Shown here in pieces: positions 25,081 through 36,807 of a stretch of DNA of 64,000 bases. Made by a program: the position numbers and the translations under genes. This stretch comes from Anolis carolinensis (taxonomy: Eukaryota), in NCBI RefSeq assembly GCF_035594765.1, contig NC_085842.1, positions 276,009,749 to 276,073,748 on the forward strand, read 5' to 3'. The first letter of the stretch is position 1; each line of letters opens with the position of its first letter. A model generated the notes under the pieces. It was not told where the DNA came from, searched no databases, and saw only the letters and a list, made by a program, of their open reading frames with translations.

Positions 25081-26201
25081 CTTCAATATATTTCCATGTA
25101 GGAAGAAACATATCACAATGAGGGGGAAAAAACCACAAATGTATTTAGTTGTATTTACGGATGATGGGAAACTGTAACAAATCCTTCATAGGATTACAGA
25201 TTTCAAAATGTTTGTCTCCTCTATCTTACTTAAAAGTGCAGAAGTCAAAATAAACGGCTGTTAAGCGTCTGCATCTCCTATTCCATTCCTCTTGCTGAGG
25301 CCAGTGAACTACAACATGAAAGCTAACAGAAAATAAATGTTCTTGTTGGCTGATCTTCGCTCTTATAATGCATGTGTACAGATATGTGCATGTATGCATA
25401 TTTCCCCTCTAAAAGACATAAAAAAGTCTAAAAACAGATGATGCAATGCTACTGCTGATATTTAGTTGCCTTAATGTGAGGTCACCTGGATTGATATGCA
25501 TGCAATCTCCCAACTTTGAACTGAAAAGCAATGCTGTGTAGAAACCGTGTAAAGCCTTGTTAGTTTTTGTGTATATATACCCTACATACAAACGCACATT
25601 CTAAGAATGAGTGATAACGTTTTTCTTTAACAATATTCAAAATCATGACTTGAATTTTATTACAGTTCACTGGTACAGGGTTTATTCCCATTCTATTTTC
25701 AAAAAGCTCTTGCAAAATCACTCCATAGTACAATCCTGTGCTCAAGGTTTCACCTTTGGTATGAGCAGCAGCTTGAGCCATCAAATTTGACCTTCAATAG
25801 ATAAAGAGCAACTAAGCATAGTAAACAGGAGCATACTTCTTCTTCCAGAACAAAGAGGAAAGGTTACCCAATCAAATCAGCTTTGATTAGCATCACCTCT
25901 CTGCCCATTTCTCTCTCTTTGCAGCTGAAGCCTTCTCTTCTGAAGCAGTTTTTCACTGCATTATTTCAAAGAAAGATCTAAAAGGTTCCACATTAAGGGC
26001 TTTTCTTTCATGCCAAATGTTTCCAATATATACAACCAACTTCTACTGTGGATTTAGTTAAGTAAACTAAACAAAGTTTATTTTTCAACAGAAGTGCCAT
26101 CATAAATTTACATGTTACTTGTTTGCTTGTTATCGTAATAAAATGGAATCCTATATCAACTGAAATTGTGCAGAATTATATTGTTTCTTTTTTATGACCT
26201 A

Positions 26202-27407
26202 CTAGCTTGGAGACCCGGCGATGCCCGGGTCATTTGAGAAAGGCATTGTTTGCCTGTGTTCCAAGTGTAGCCTATATCCAATGTCAGCTGGGTTCAGTGG
26301 GTGCGGGTGAGCTCCAACTCCCATATGCAAGTCCCATCGTCCAGTGTCCATCTCCCTCCAAACAGAGCCAGTATGAAGAATAGGTCATGAGGGCTCCATG
26401 TACCATGTTTGGTCTTGATCAGTCATTTGTGTGGGTCGCGGTGCTCTCAGGAAGTGAGTGAAGGTATTGGAAGTCCCATCGTCCATGGTCCATCATCCTC
26501 CAAACTGCACCTGGGTGTAGAGTGAGTCATGGGTGTTCTCTGTTTGAAGTTTGGTCTTGATGAGACATTGATGGGGGTGACAGTGGTCTCAGGAAGTGAA
26601 TGAATATACTGCAAGTCCCATCATCCAAGGTCCAAGCTCTTTCAAATCTCACCAAGATGTAGAGTGGGCCATGGTGGCTCTATGTGCCAAGTTTGGTCTT
26701 GATCAGTCATTGGTGGGGGTCACAGTAGTCCCAGGAAGTGACTGAAGATATTGTAAGTCCCCTCATCCCCGGTCCCTCTTCCCCCAAACTGCACCAGGAT
26801 GTAAAGTGGCTACCCTGCACCTACGTGTCTAGTTTGATACAGTTTTGTCATTCATGGGCATCACAGTGGTTTGTGGGAGGTGAATTGGATGAATGTACTG
26901 CAAATCCCATAATCCTTGGTCCACCCTCCGTCAAACTGCTGCAGCATGTGAAGTGTGTCATTTGGGATATGTGTGCCTGGTTTGGTTCAGTTCTGTGATT
27001 TGTGGCAGTTGCTGTGGTCTCAAGAAGTGAGGGAAGGTACTGCAAATTCCATCATCCTTGGTCCATCCTGCCCCAATATACATCAGGATATAAAGGGGTC
27101 GACAGGAGTTCTGTGTGCCAAGTTTGGTCCATTTCTATCATTGGTGGGCATTGCAGTAGTCTGTGGGAGTTAAAGTGTTTGAAAGTACTGCAAATCCCAT
27201 CATCTGTGGTCCATCCTCCCCCAAATGGCAGCAGGTCATAAAGTGCATCGTGAGGATGAAGTGTGCCAAGTTTGGTGCAGATCCGTCATTCCTGTTGGTC
27301 TCAGTGGCCTGGGATAGTGGCGGCCAATCAAAACGCGAGCACATATTCCGCCAGGCCAATCAAAACGCTGATACATACTCCGATTTCACTTTTATTATAT
27401 ATATAGA
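26202..27407 (-). mobile_element. Non-autonomous Helitron with about 142-bp internal tandem repeats
   Basis: Minus strand 5' TCTATATAT..., 3' hairpin (26213-26230) then CTAG, inserted at A|T; about 7 repeats anchored on gtttggtc. Confidence 0.82.
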
Positions 27408-29319
27408 TATATAGATTTAAGTCTACAATCCAACTAGTACCATAGGTAAGTGAGAAAACAAAATTGTTTATGTACATAAATATGTTTTGAAGCAAATTCC
27501 ATAGAAACATGATCAAAAGGAAGTATAATCCTTTAAAATGAGAAAGAAAAGTACACATAATCAAATACTAATGCATAGCAACCTCAGGAATAATCTTTCT
27601 ACAAGTTTAGGGGAAAATAGCATACTAGCAATAGATGTTGCATACCAGTTCTTTCATTGAGAACCATCAATCAGCAATATGGAGCGCCATCCCTAGTTAA
27701 ACCATCCATGAATATAAATGCAAATATAAGCATTTATTTGTATATGAATGTATTCATAAAGACAATAATCTAAACCAAACATGGCTAACTGCCAAACTAG
27801 CTCTTTGGGGTGCCTTGGAGATTCATACCTTCAGTACATCTCACTCTTTTAATTTTTATGCTTTTTTTCAATTTTTAAAACTAAACTATCCCCCTACAAA
27901 GGGAGTTGAGGAAACCATTCCTATATTTCTCAAACCACTCTTAATGTTACAGACTCTGAAAAGATAGTTTTTAAAACCATAAAGTAAACCAGAAGCCATA
28001 TTTTCCCCAGCCATAATCAAAACCATGCCTCACCTCCTCTGCAGAAATCAAGAAAGTTTCCACTTTTAGAAACACTTTTCCTAATTATCTATGGATGTGA
28101 GAAACTGGAATTTGTTCTAACAAAAGTCAGAATAAACCATGGTGTTAGATCCAGATTTGTTATATAACCATTATCAGGATAACCTCCAAAATGTTCCATT
28201 CTCTGCCTGTTGTATACAATCTTAGGAGTTCTGTAAGCTCCTTCCTATTAAGTAAGATAGTCATTTGAACCAAAGATGTAAAAATAAATGTATATTGCAA
28301 ACTTTAGTATATCATAGAGACAATCATCCATGTGTACCTTTTAGAGGTTTTCAAAAATTATATAAAATCAGCATTCAGAACAAAACTGTAGCAATGTTCT
28401 TTGAAACACCATAATGAAGAAAAAAATTCCAATACCAATAATAGAAAATGAAAGGCTAGACTTTTAAAATATTTACCTGCAATTGTTTACATGAAATTAT
28501 GGATTATAAAGATCTTGAAGCAGTTAGCATCAAACTGCTTCAAGATAATTTGAACCAGCTTTTAAAGAAAAACCGAACAATGAATTGGTAAAAAGATTAC
28601 AATCGGTTAAGGATGGCAAGCTTGAATTCCACAAAAAGATCTGAAATACTGCAGAGAAGAAATACTTTGCAGCAGCTATCAGCTTTCTGAACAGAATGTG
28701 AAACTTGCGGTAGGCCTGTTAACACCATATGGAATGAGAAGGTGTCAAGAAAGTGTTCTACTGTTGCAAACTTGTGAAGAAGTCAAGATAGAAACCTTAA
28801 AACTCTAATAAGGCAGGAGAAAAAAAATAAGGGGAAAAAAAGAACCAACAGTTAAAACAGAAGCATGTCACCCAAAGTGGTGGTTCAATGAACCACTGTC
28901 AGTACACAGAGTCTCTAGATACAACAGAAACAGGAGAGGCCAATTGCCACAAAAACAATATTCATCCCAAGCACATATGGAGTGGGGAAAAAGCAGGACA
29001 TATTCTTACCTATGGAAGAAACATGAGGGAGCACTGTGAATTGCTCCTCTGCACTATCCAAAAAATTAGAAGAGGCCAAGCATTAAATAAAGAACAGGAA
29101 TACCGTATATACTCAAGTATAAGCCGACCCGAATATAGCCGAGGCACCTAATTTTACCACAAAAAACTGGGAAAACTTATTGACTCGAGTATAAGCTGAG
29201 GGTGGGAAATGCAGCAGCTACTGGTAACTTTCAAAAATAAAAATGGTTTCTGCCTCTTTCTTTCCTTCCTTCCTAAGTGCTTGCTTTGCTTCCTCTTTAT
29301 CCGTCCTAGGTCCGGTTCT

Positions 29320-29540
29320 GTACAACATCTTTATTTTTCTTTACTTAGATGAAGGGTTAGAAGACATGATCAACAAGTTTGCAGACATCGCCAAATTGGG
29401 AGAGATAGCTAAAACTCCAGAAGACAGGAGCAGAATTCAAAATGATCTTAACAGATTAGAGAGATGGGCCAAAACCAACAAAAGGAAGTTCAATAGGGAC
29501 AAATGCAAGATACTCCACTTAGACAGAAAAAATGAAGTAT
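29320..29540 (+). mobile_element. CR1 LINE RT fragment
   Basis: LDEGLEDMINKFADIAKLG...IQNDLNRLERWA...KFNRDKCKILHL. Confidence 0.88.
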
Positions 29541-29550
29541 ATTATTAGAG

Positions 29551-29786
29551 CAGGGGTCCCCAAACTTTTTAAACAGGGGGCCAGTTCACAATTCTTCAGA
29601 CCATTGGACGGCCGGACTATAGTTGGCCACCGAGCATAAATAATAATAACAATAATAATAATAATAGCAATAATAATAATAAAGAGGGTTGGAAGACCCC
29701 TTGGGCCATTGAGTCCAACCCCCTTCTCCCTCTGGCACCAAAAGCACAAGCAAAGCACCCTTGACAGATGGCCACCCAGCCTCAAT

Positions 29787-29841
<55 letters not shown>

Positions 29842-29944
29842 GAGGGTTGGAAGACCCCTTGGGCCATTGAGTCCAACCCCCTTCTGCCTCTGGCACCAAA
29901 AGCACAAGCAAAGCACCCTTGACAGATGGCCACCCAGCCTCAAT

Positions 29945-29987
<43 letters not shown>

Positions 29988-30229
29988 GAGGGTTGGAAGA
30001 GACCTCTTGGGCCATTGAGTCCAACCCCCTTCTGCACACGCAAAGCACCCCTGAGAGATGGCCACCTAGCCTTAATAATAATAATAATAATAATAATAAG
30101 GATTGTAAGAGAAGAAGAGACCCCTTGGGTCATTTAGCCCAACCCCCTTATACCCTTGTGCCTTGGGGGCCGGATAAATGGCTTCGATGGGCCGCATCCG
30201 GCCCCCGGGCCTTAGTTTGGGGACCCCTG
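29551..30229. mobile_element. hAT MITE carrying tandem CR1-3'-end + (TAA)n cassettes
   Basis: TIR CAGGGGTCCCCAAACT at both ends; perfect 8-bp TSD TATTAGAG. Confidence 0.93.
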
Positions 30230-30347
30230 TATTAGAGGATGGCTTGCCACTTTTGGGGGCTTTTATTGTGGTGTTTCTGCATGAAAGCAGGAGAGGGTTG
30301 AACTACATGGCCTTTGGGGGTCTCTTCCTACATCATCATCATCATCA

Positions 30348-30397
<50 letters not shown>

Positions 30398-30496
30398 GGC
30401 TGGGTGCCACTTCTGGGAGCTTTTATTGTGCTTTTCCTGCATGGGAGCAGGAGGGGGTTGGACTACTCTATTCTTACCTTTGTGGAGCATGCCTTC

Positions 30497-30878
30497 TCTT
30501 GAAATCCACAAGCATGAGGACAATTTCAACAGAAAGGAGGAAACCATGAAAATGAACAAAATCTGGCTACCAGTATTAAAAAAAACTCTAAAATCAGAAT
30601 AGTAAATAAAGAGCAAGACTCAAAAAGCAGGGGAATTTCAGACAAGAATCAATCAGTAAGTGGGGTTTATATATCTGTGGAATGTTCAGGGTGGGGAAAG
30701 AACTCTTGTCTGCTTGAGGTAAGTGTGAATGTTGCAATTGGCCACCTTGATTAGCATTGAATGGGCTTACAGTGTCAAGGTCTGGCTTATTTCTACCTGG
30801 AAGAATCCTTTGTTGGGAGGTGTTAGCTAACACCTCCCAACAAAGAATTCCCCCAGGCAGAAAAAAGCCAGACCTTGA
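30497..30878. mobile_element. Penelope-like element fragments (related minus-strand piece at about 58530-58750)
   Basis: EIHKHEDNFNRKEETMKMNKIWLPVLK resembles the GIY-YIG C-terminal end; internal inverted duplication 30776-30878. Confidence 0.7.
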
Positions 30879-31121
30879 ACGGAGGGTGAGGAGGAGGGGG
30901 GGAGCAAACACAGCCTACCTGGAACATGCCTTCACTCCCCTCACTTCCCACCCCTTGCCTCCTGTCTCTCACCCAGTATGGCAGGGACAACACAGGAGAG
31001 GAAGAGAAGGAGGGAGAAGGAAAAGAAGAGAAAGGTGAAGGCAAAGAGACTTGTGACTTTGAGAGCAAGAGAGAAGGAGAAGGGTGGCGCGCGAGGGAGG
31101 AGGAAAAGGGCGGCGCGCGAC

Positions 31122-31637
31122 TGTTGTGATGTTGTAGATTGAAGGGAGAGATAACACCAAGAGAGATCCTTTTGAAAAAGTCCGGTTTATTATTTCAGCT
31201 GAGACTCTGGAAGTGGAATCTGTTCCAAAAAGCAAACCAGAGCCCCCTATCAAGGCGTTGACCTGCCTTTTATACATTTTCAGACAAAGAACATGCTCCT
31301 ACATACATCTCATCATTCGTACGTCACTTCACATGCTTACATACATGGGCATAAATATGCACAATCAGCATTTTTCTGTCTAAGCAACCTAAAAGCTTGT
31401 AGCAAGCTAGAGACACCAATCCATCATGAGGCCTACTTTGACCTGTCTGCTCTCCTTCCATTTAGCTGTACTAGGAACCACACTGGAATGTAGAAGGCCC
31501 CCCTTCTCCCCCCTGTCCTGTCAGCTTGTGCATCCCAAAAATCTAACACAGAGAGAGAGTTTGATTTTTCTACATTTCACTGCTTCTAATGTGCATACAA
31601 TATATGTCTAAAATCCATTTTTTTCCATTCCTCATCA
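31122..31637 (-). mobile_element. Solo LTR (516 bp)
   Basis: TG...CA ends; TSD GCGAC/GTGAC (CpG decay); minus-strand TATAAAA near 31270 and AATAAA near 31186. Confidence 0.75.
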
Positions 31638-31993
31638 GTGACGAGAGGAAAGAAGAGGCCTTCCTCTCCTCCTCTCTCGAGGTGAGGGTTTATACTCAGG
31701 TATATAAAGTACTTGTTCTTTCTTACAATTCAAGACTTATCTAGTGAAATAATGAAGTATATGCACAGAGCAAAAGATAGCAACCCTGTTGATCAGCTCT
31801 TTCATAATGAAAAGATTATGGAAGGAGATAAAAACATTACCAATCCAGGCTCCATCTTGAAAATAACAAATAGTTGAGACTGTAGCTTAGAAAGAAAGTG
31901 AAGCAAAGAAGAAACCAATTCCAAGCCAAAAAAAATCCCCTACTATTTAGAGGAGAAGAATAGGGCAAATATAGCATTAGGATAGCTGTAAGG

Positions 31994-32740
31994 CAGGGGT
32001 CCCCAAACTAAGGCCCGGGGGCCACATGCGGCCCATCAAAGCCATTTATCCGGGCCCCGTGGCAGCGTGTGGTGCAAGGGAGGAGGGAAAGGTGCGTGCC
32101 TTTCCGGCCGCCTCCCTCGCCCAGTGCATGCCTTCCAAAGCTTTGCTTGTTTATAATGATATTTTAACTATTATTTAATTAATAATTAATTATTAAGGGG
32201 TGCTTTGCTAGTGCTTTTGGTGCATAAAGGCGGAAGGGGGTTGGACTAAATGGCCCAAGGTCTCTTCCAATTATTATTATTATTATTGACACAAAGACAC
32301 AGTATAACACAGCAAACAAGATATATATGCTGGATTTGGTATCACAAAATCACAAGTTTAACACTTCCCAAGCATTTAGGACTGTGTGATGTATGATGGT
32401 GATTATTATTATTATTATTAACAACATTGAAGTTGGGTGGCCATCTGTCAGGGGTGCTTTGCTTGTGCTTTTGATGCACAAACGTAGAATTGGGTTGGAC
32501 CAAATGGCCCAAGGGGTCTCTTACAACCCTCTTTATTATTTTTATTATGATTATGATTATGATTATGATTAACATTGAGGCTGTATTTGTTCCCATTTGT
32601 TTTGTTTTTTACTTCAAAATAAGAGATGTGCACTGTGCATAGGAATTTGTTTATAGTTTTTTTTTCTACTATAGTCCGGCCCTCCAACGGTCTGAGAGAC
32701 CGTGAACTGGCCCTCTGTTTAAAAAGTTTGGGGACCCCTG
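31994..32740. mobile_element. hAT MITE, same family as 29551-30229, opposite orientation; contains an R4 3' end at about 32288-32395
   Basis: TIR CAGGGGTCCCCAAACT; perfect 8-bp TSD CTGTAAGG. Confidence 0.93.
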
Positions 32741-34865
32741 CTGTAAGGCATGTGGTTAAGATAAAGGTATGTCAGTAATGTAAATTTGGGTATACTGTAT
32801 TAGTGCAGAAGAAAAATGAAAGGAAATGTAAATCGCTATATGGAAAATAAATTATTTAGTTTGGCCAAGATTATGCAGAATATTCCAGCAACTTCTATTT
32901 AAATACATGTCTTCAGCTTTAGAATCTAAGAACTTTAGAATCTAGAATCCAGATTGTTCTGTTCTATATCTTGCCCAAATGTGAAATCACAGTTATGTGA
33001 AATCACATGTACAATGAACTACAATAGACTTGACAACAAACTCCTCTGCAAATAAATGCAAAACAGCCTCAGAATATACCTAAAAATCTAACAGTTATTA
33101 ACCAATTTTCAGGGAAACAAACTACATTTAAATTTATTGAACCTTAACTCAAGCAAATGTGTGTATCATTGAAAATGCATTCATTGTCAGACTCAACGCA
33201 ATAAAATTACAAGGAAAGAGAATTACAGGCATGCTTAAGAAAATGCTGCATATAACTCCCTCTATGTTTCTGGAAGGTGACCTTTTCCCAAAAAATAAAT
33301 TAAAATTATGAAGTGCTCCAAGAATGCAAATGCATATTTGTCATTGCCTTTAGCATAACAATTGTAACAGAACATAGAGTTGTATATTGGAGATTTAATT
33401 GCAAAACTTACTGCATGTATGTTAATATGCAATGCAAACTCTTCTCAGCAGGTGTTCCATGTGATGAAGTGAGTTTCATGAATAATTTATCAAGAAAGCC
33501 ACTTCTGCCAAGATAAAATTTGCAACATTTTTCAAGTGAGATCAGTAAAAATCAGGAGTGATCACTGCCAATTTGTTCCAATCCGGATCCTAAAGGTCAC
33601 ACCCTTAAAACGCTACAGAGGTTAGAAATGCCCTTTTCTTCTTTTACATGTCAACCACCGACCCATTTAGAACACAAGACAGTGATATTTTCTAGACAAA
33701 TCATAAAAAGAAAACCATGGAAAGCATGGCTTCATATCCAATTGGAGTCAACATATTGTGTTTTTCTGGATTGCAAGTATATATCCCCCCCCAATTCCCC
33801 TCTGCCCCCCCCCACACCAAATCAAGTGATTATGCAGATGACCAAACTATTCTTTGTGAAGGACACACATCTGTGGTTCACTTCAGATGTAAAGTAGGAT
33901 GTGCGTACACTGCCCTTCCCTCCTCCATTCTGACTTGGACACAAAGAGGACATTGAAACCTTTTTAGCACTGCCCACGATTTATAATTCTGGTTTGTTTC
34001 AGTATTTTAGTGTATAGTAACAACAGTTTGTACTTTTCAGATATAATGATAAATCACTAATTAGTATTAAAAGGAAATGAAACAATGGTTTAAAGAAATC
34101 TTCATAGCCACACAGGAGAAGGAACAGAATGCATAGCACCCCAAGGCTCAAACAAGTTTGTATGTAAAACTAGATTATAGCTTAATTTTGTTTCTAAGGC
34201 CATACTATCCTAAATCACTTTTCATTTTGATATTATTAAACATTACTAAATATTATTTTTCTAAAAATATGCATTATCCAACTTTGTTTAAATACAATAT
34301 ACAAAAAATAAAAGTAAATTTCAATCATCTTCATTTTGAGAGTCATGGCAGTAATACTCAATTCTGAACCTCTAATATATGCTTACTGAGAGCTAAGTAA
34401 TATTTGAACTAACTCTCAGAAAACACACAACTTAAGATAATACATTACAATGTAGAGGACTCTTAACAGACAATAGAGTATTCACAAATAAGTGTAGCTC
34501 TCTGATTCACCTCTGTCATTCTCAATGTGATCTGACTGACAGAATCTGAGACAGAGATGGGCTAAAACTACTGCATTGATCTCTTCATGTATTGATTCAA
34601 CAAGCTTCTGTGATGAATGAGCAGGGCTAATATAAAAGCAATGGTACAAGAAGACAAATATACCAACCATGCTGTGTAACAAGACAAGCCAGTATAGAAG
34701 TTTATCATAATAGGATGAGGGGCAGGGATACATAAATATTTTTTAAAAATAAAAATATATAAATATTTGTAGACACAGCAGTAGGCAGTCATGAGTAAGA
34801 TGCCTGCCCCACAATCCTCACGTCAAATAGCCAACTAGTCAAATATAAATATACTGACACCACAA

Positions 34866-35525
34866 GGCTACCAATAAGTTTCCGGGCCCAATTCAAGGTG
34901 CAGGTTATTACCTATAAAGCCCTAAATGGTTCAGGACCTGCTTATCTCCATGACCGCCCCCTCCCCTATGAACCCATGCGGGCCTTGAGATCTTCTGGGG
35001 AGGCCCTTCTCTCGCTCCCACCCCCATCCCAGGCGTGGTTGGTGGGGATGAGGGAGAGGGCCTTCTCAGTGGTGGCCCCTCGGCTCTGGAATTCCCTCCC
35101 TAGGGAGATCAGGCTGGCACCCTCCCTGTCCATCTTTCATAAGGATCTTAAAACATGGTTATTTCAATGCACTTTTGAATAACTAGTTCCAGTTAGATAT
35201 TTAGTTGCCACAACTATTGCACTTTATCAATGCTTCCTCCCTCGCTGATCTTAACTTTTAAATGAGATCCAATTGTCTTCCTTGATTCCCTCTTGTAGAG
35301 TCTGCATAATTTTTATCCATACAGATTGTACACTATGCTCAGACTCTAATGTTTTGATGTTTTATGCTGGCTTATACTGTTTATACTTTTTTTTACTGTT
35401 TTATATTGGCTTAATTATGTTGTATTTTAATGTATGTTGATGCTGGGCTTGTCCCCATGTGAGCCGCCCCGAGTCCCCTTTGGGGAGATGGGAGCAGGAT
35501 ATAAAAATAAAGTTATGATTATTAT
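34866..35525 (+). mobile_element. L2 LINE, 5'-truncated
   Basis: ORF2 C-terminus TYKALNGSGPAYL...RAFSVVAPRLWNSLP and conserved 3' end; other tail copies near 3310, 18580, 39280, 61290. Confidence 0.9.
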
Positions 35526-35527
35526 AA

Positions 35528-36288
35528 GTATGACACAGCAAACAAGATACATATGCTGGATTTCGTATCACAAAATCACAAGTCAAACACTTCCCAAGTG
35601 TCTAGGACTGTGTGATGTATTTTTGGATGATGCGTGCAGATCCCAGTAGGGTGGCCTTTTGCAGTTGGCAGATTGTAATTTTGTCAATGCCTATTGTTTC
35701 CAAATGCCGGCTGAGATCTTTTGGCACAACACCCAGTGTGCCCATCACCACCGGGACCACCTGTACTGGTTTCTGCTAGAGTCTTTAAAGTTCCATCATG
35801 CGGTCCTGATAGCAGCTGAGTTTTTCCTGTTGTTTTTCGTCAATGCGACTGTCACCTGGGATGGCAACATCAATGATCCAAACCTTTTTCTTTTCCACAA
35901 CTGTGATGTCTGGTGTGTTGTGTTCCAGAACTTTGTCAGTCTGGATTCGGAAGTCCCACAGTATCTTTCCGTGCTCATTTTCCAATACTTTTGCAGGTTT
36001 GTGATCCCACCATTTCTTTACTGCTGGGAGGTGGTACTTGAGGCATAAGTTCCAATGAATCATTTGGGCCACATAGTTGTGCCTCTGTTTGTAGTCTGTC
36101 TGTGCGATTTTCTTACAGCAGCTGAGAATATGATCAATGGTTTCGTCGGTTTCCTTGCAGAGTCTGCATTTTGGGTCATCAGCTGATTTTTCGATCTTGG
36201 CCTTAATTGCATTTGTTCTGATGGCTTGCTCTTGAGCTGTAAGGATCAGACCTTCTGTCTCCTTCAGGGTCCCATTCGTGAGCCATAT
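35528..36288 (-). mobile_element. R4/Dong-clade LINE 3' fragment with restriction-like endonuclease
   Basis: CRLC..ETIDHILSCC knuckle, RHN, PDITVV..IIDVAIP motifs; flanked by TTA/TTG microsatellite. Confidence 0.9.
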
Positions 36289-36687
36289 GATTGTTGTTGT
36301 TGTTGTTGTTGTTATTATTATTAAGGTTCCCTCTGGATTCTCTGTACTAGAAAATGTATTTCTCTGCCCATTCAATATAATATAGCTCATGTGGCTTTGG
36401 TATAATTGGCATAAAAGAAGTTACACTTACAAAAGTCACTTTTTGGAGGTAAGACAACAAGGTATTCTGTTGTCTCATTACTTAAACAGCTCTTGATTTC
36501 ATTTTTTAGTTGTAATATTTATACTTTTTATAGAAAGCAATAAGCCAAACATGATTTTGGAGATTTACCAGTAGAAAAGAGAAATAGATTTTGATACTAC
36601 ACTAATATATAAAAGTACAATAAAAATAAAAACATCCAATCAAGGCAAAATTTTGTTTGCTTACATTTCAGATTATTAAGCCCTTAC

Positions 36688-36807
36688 CACGTATCTAAGA
36701 TTTACATTTTCTATTTTGCCATAGCACACATCCAAAAGGGTCATAGGCTGCACAGTAAGGTTTCTTCCCAATGTCCAGGGCAATCCAAGTTTTGAAAGAT
36801 CAGAAAC
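36688..36807 (-). CDS. Host gene coding exon F (VSDLSKLGLPWTLGRNLTVQPMTLLDVCYGKIENVNLRYV)
   Basis: gtttcttttag| ... GTG|gtaagg; 120 nt, phase 0 to 0. Confidence 0.88.

Larger units (their letters stand above)
29103..31709. mobile_element. Tc1/mariner-superfamily non-autonomous element filled with nested TE fragments
   Basis: TA|CCGTATATACTCAAGTATAAGCC start and degenerate inverted end GGTTTATACTCAGGTATATAAAG|TA. Confidence 0.7.

Noticed and set aside
29519-30616. Numerous ORFs with poly-I/L/N/Y tracts
   Set aside because: They are translations of (TAA)n/(TTA)n microsatellites in TE tails.
34511-34637. Exon-like segment PAHSSQKLVESIHEEINAVVL on the minus strand
   Set aside because: Its reading phase is incompatible with the flanking phase-0 exons F and G, which join cleanly without it.
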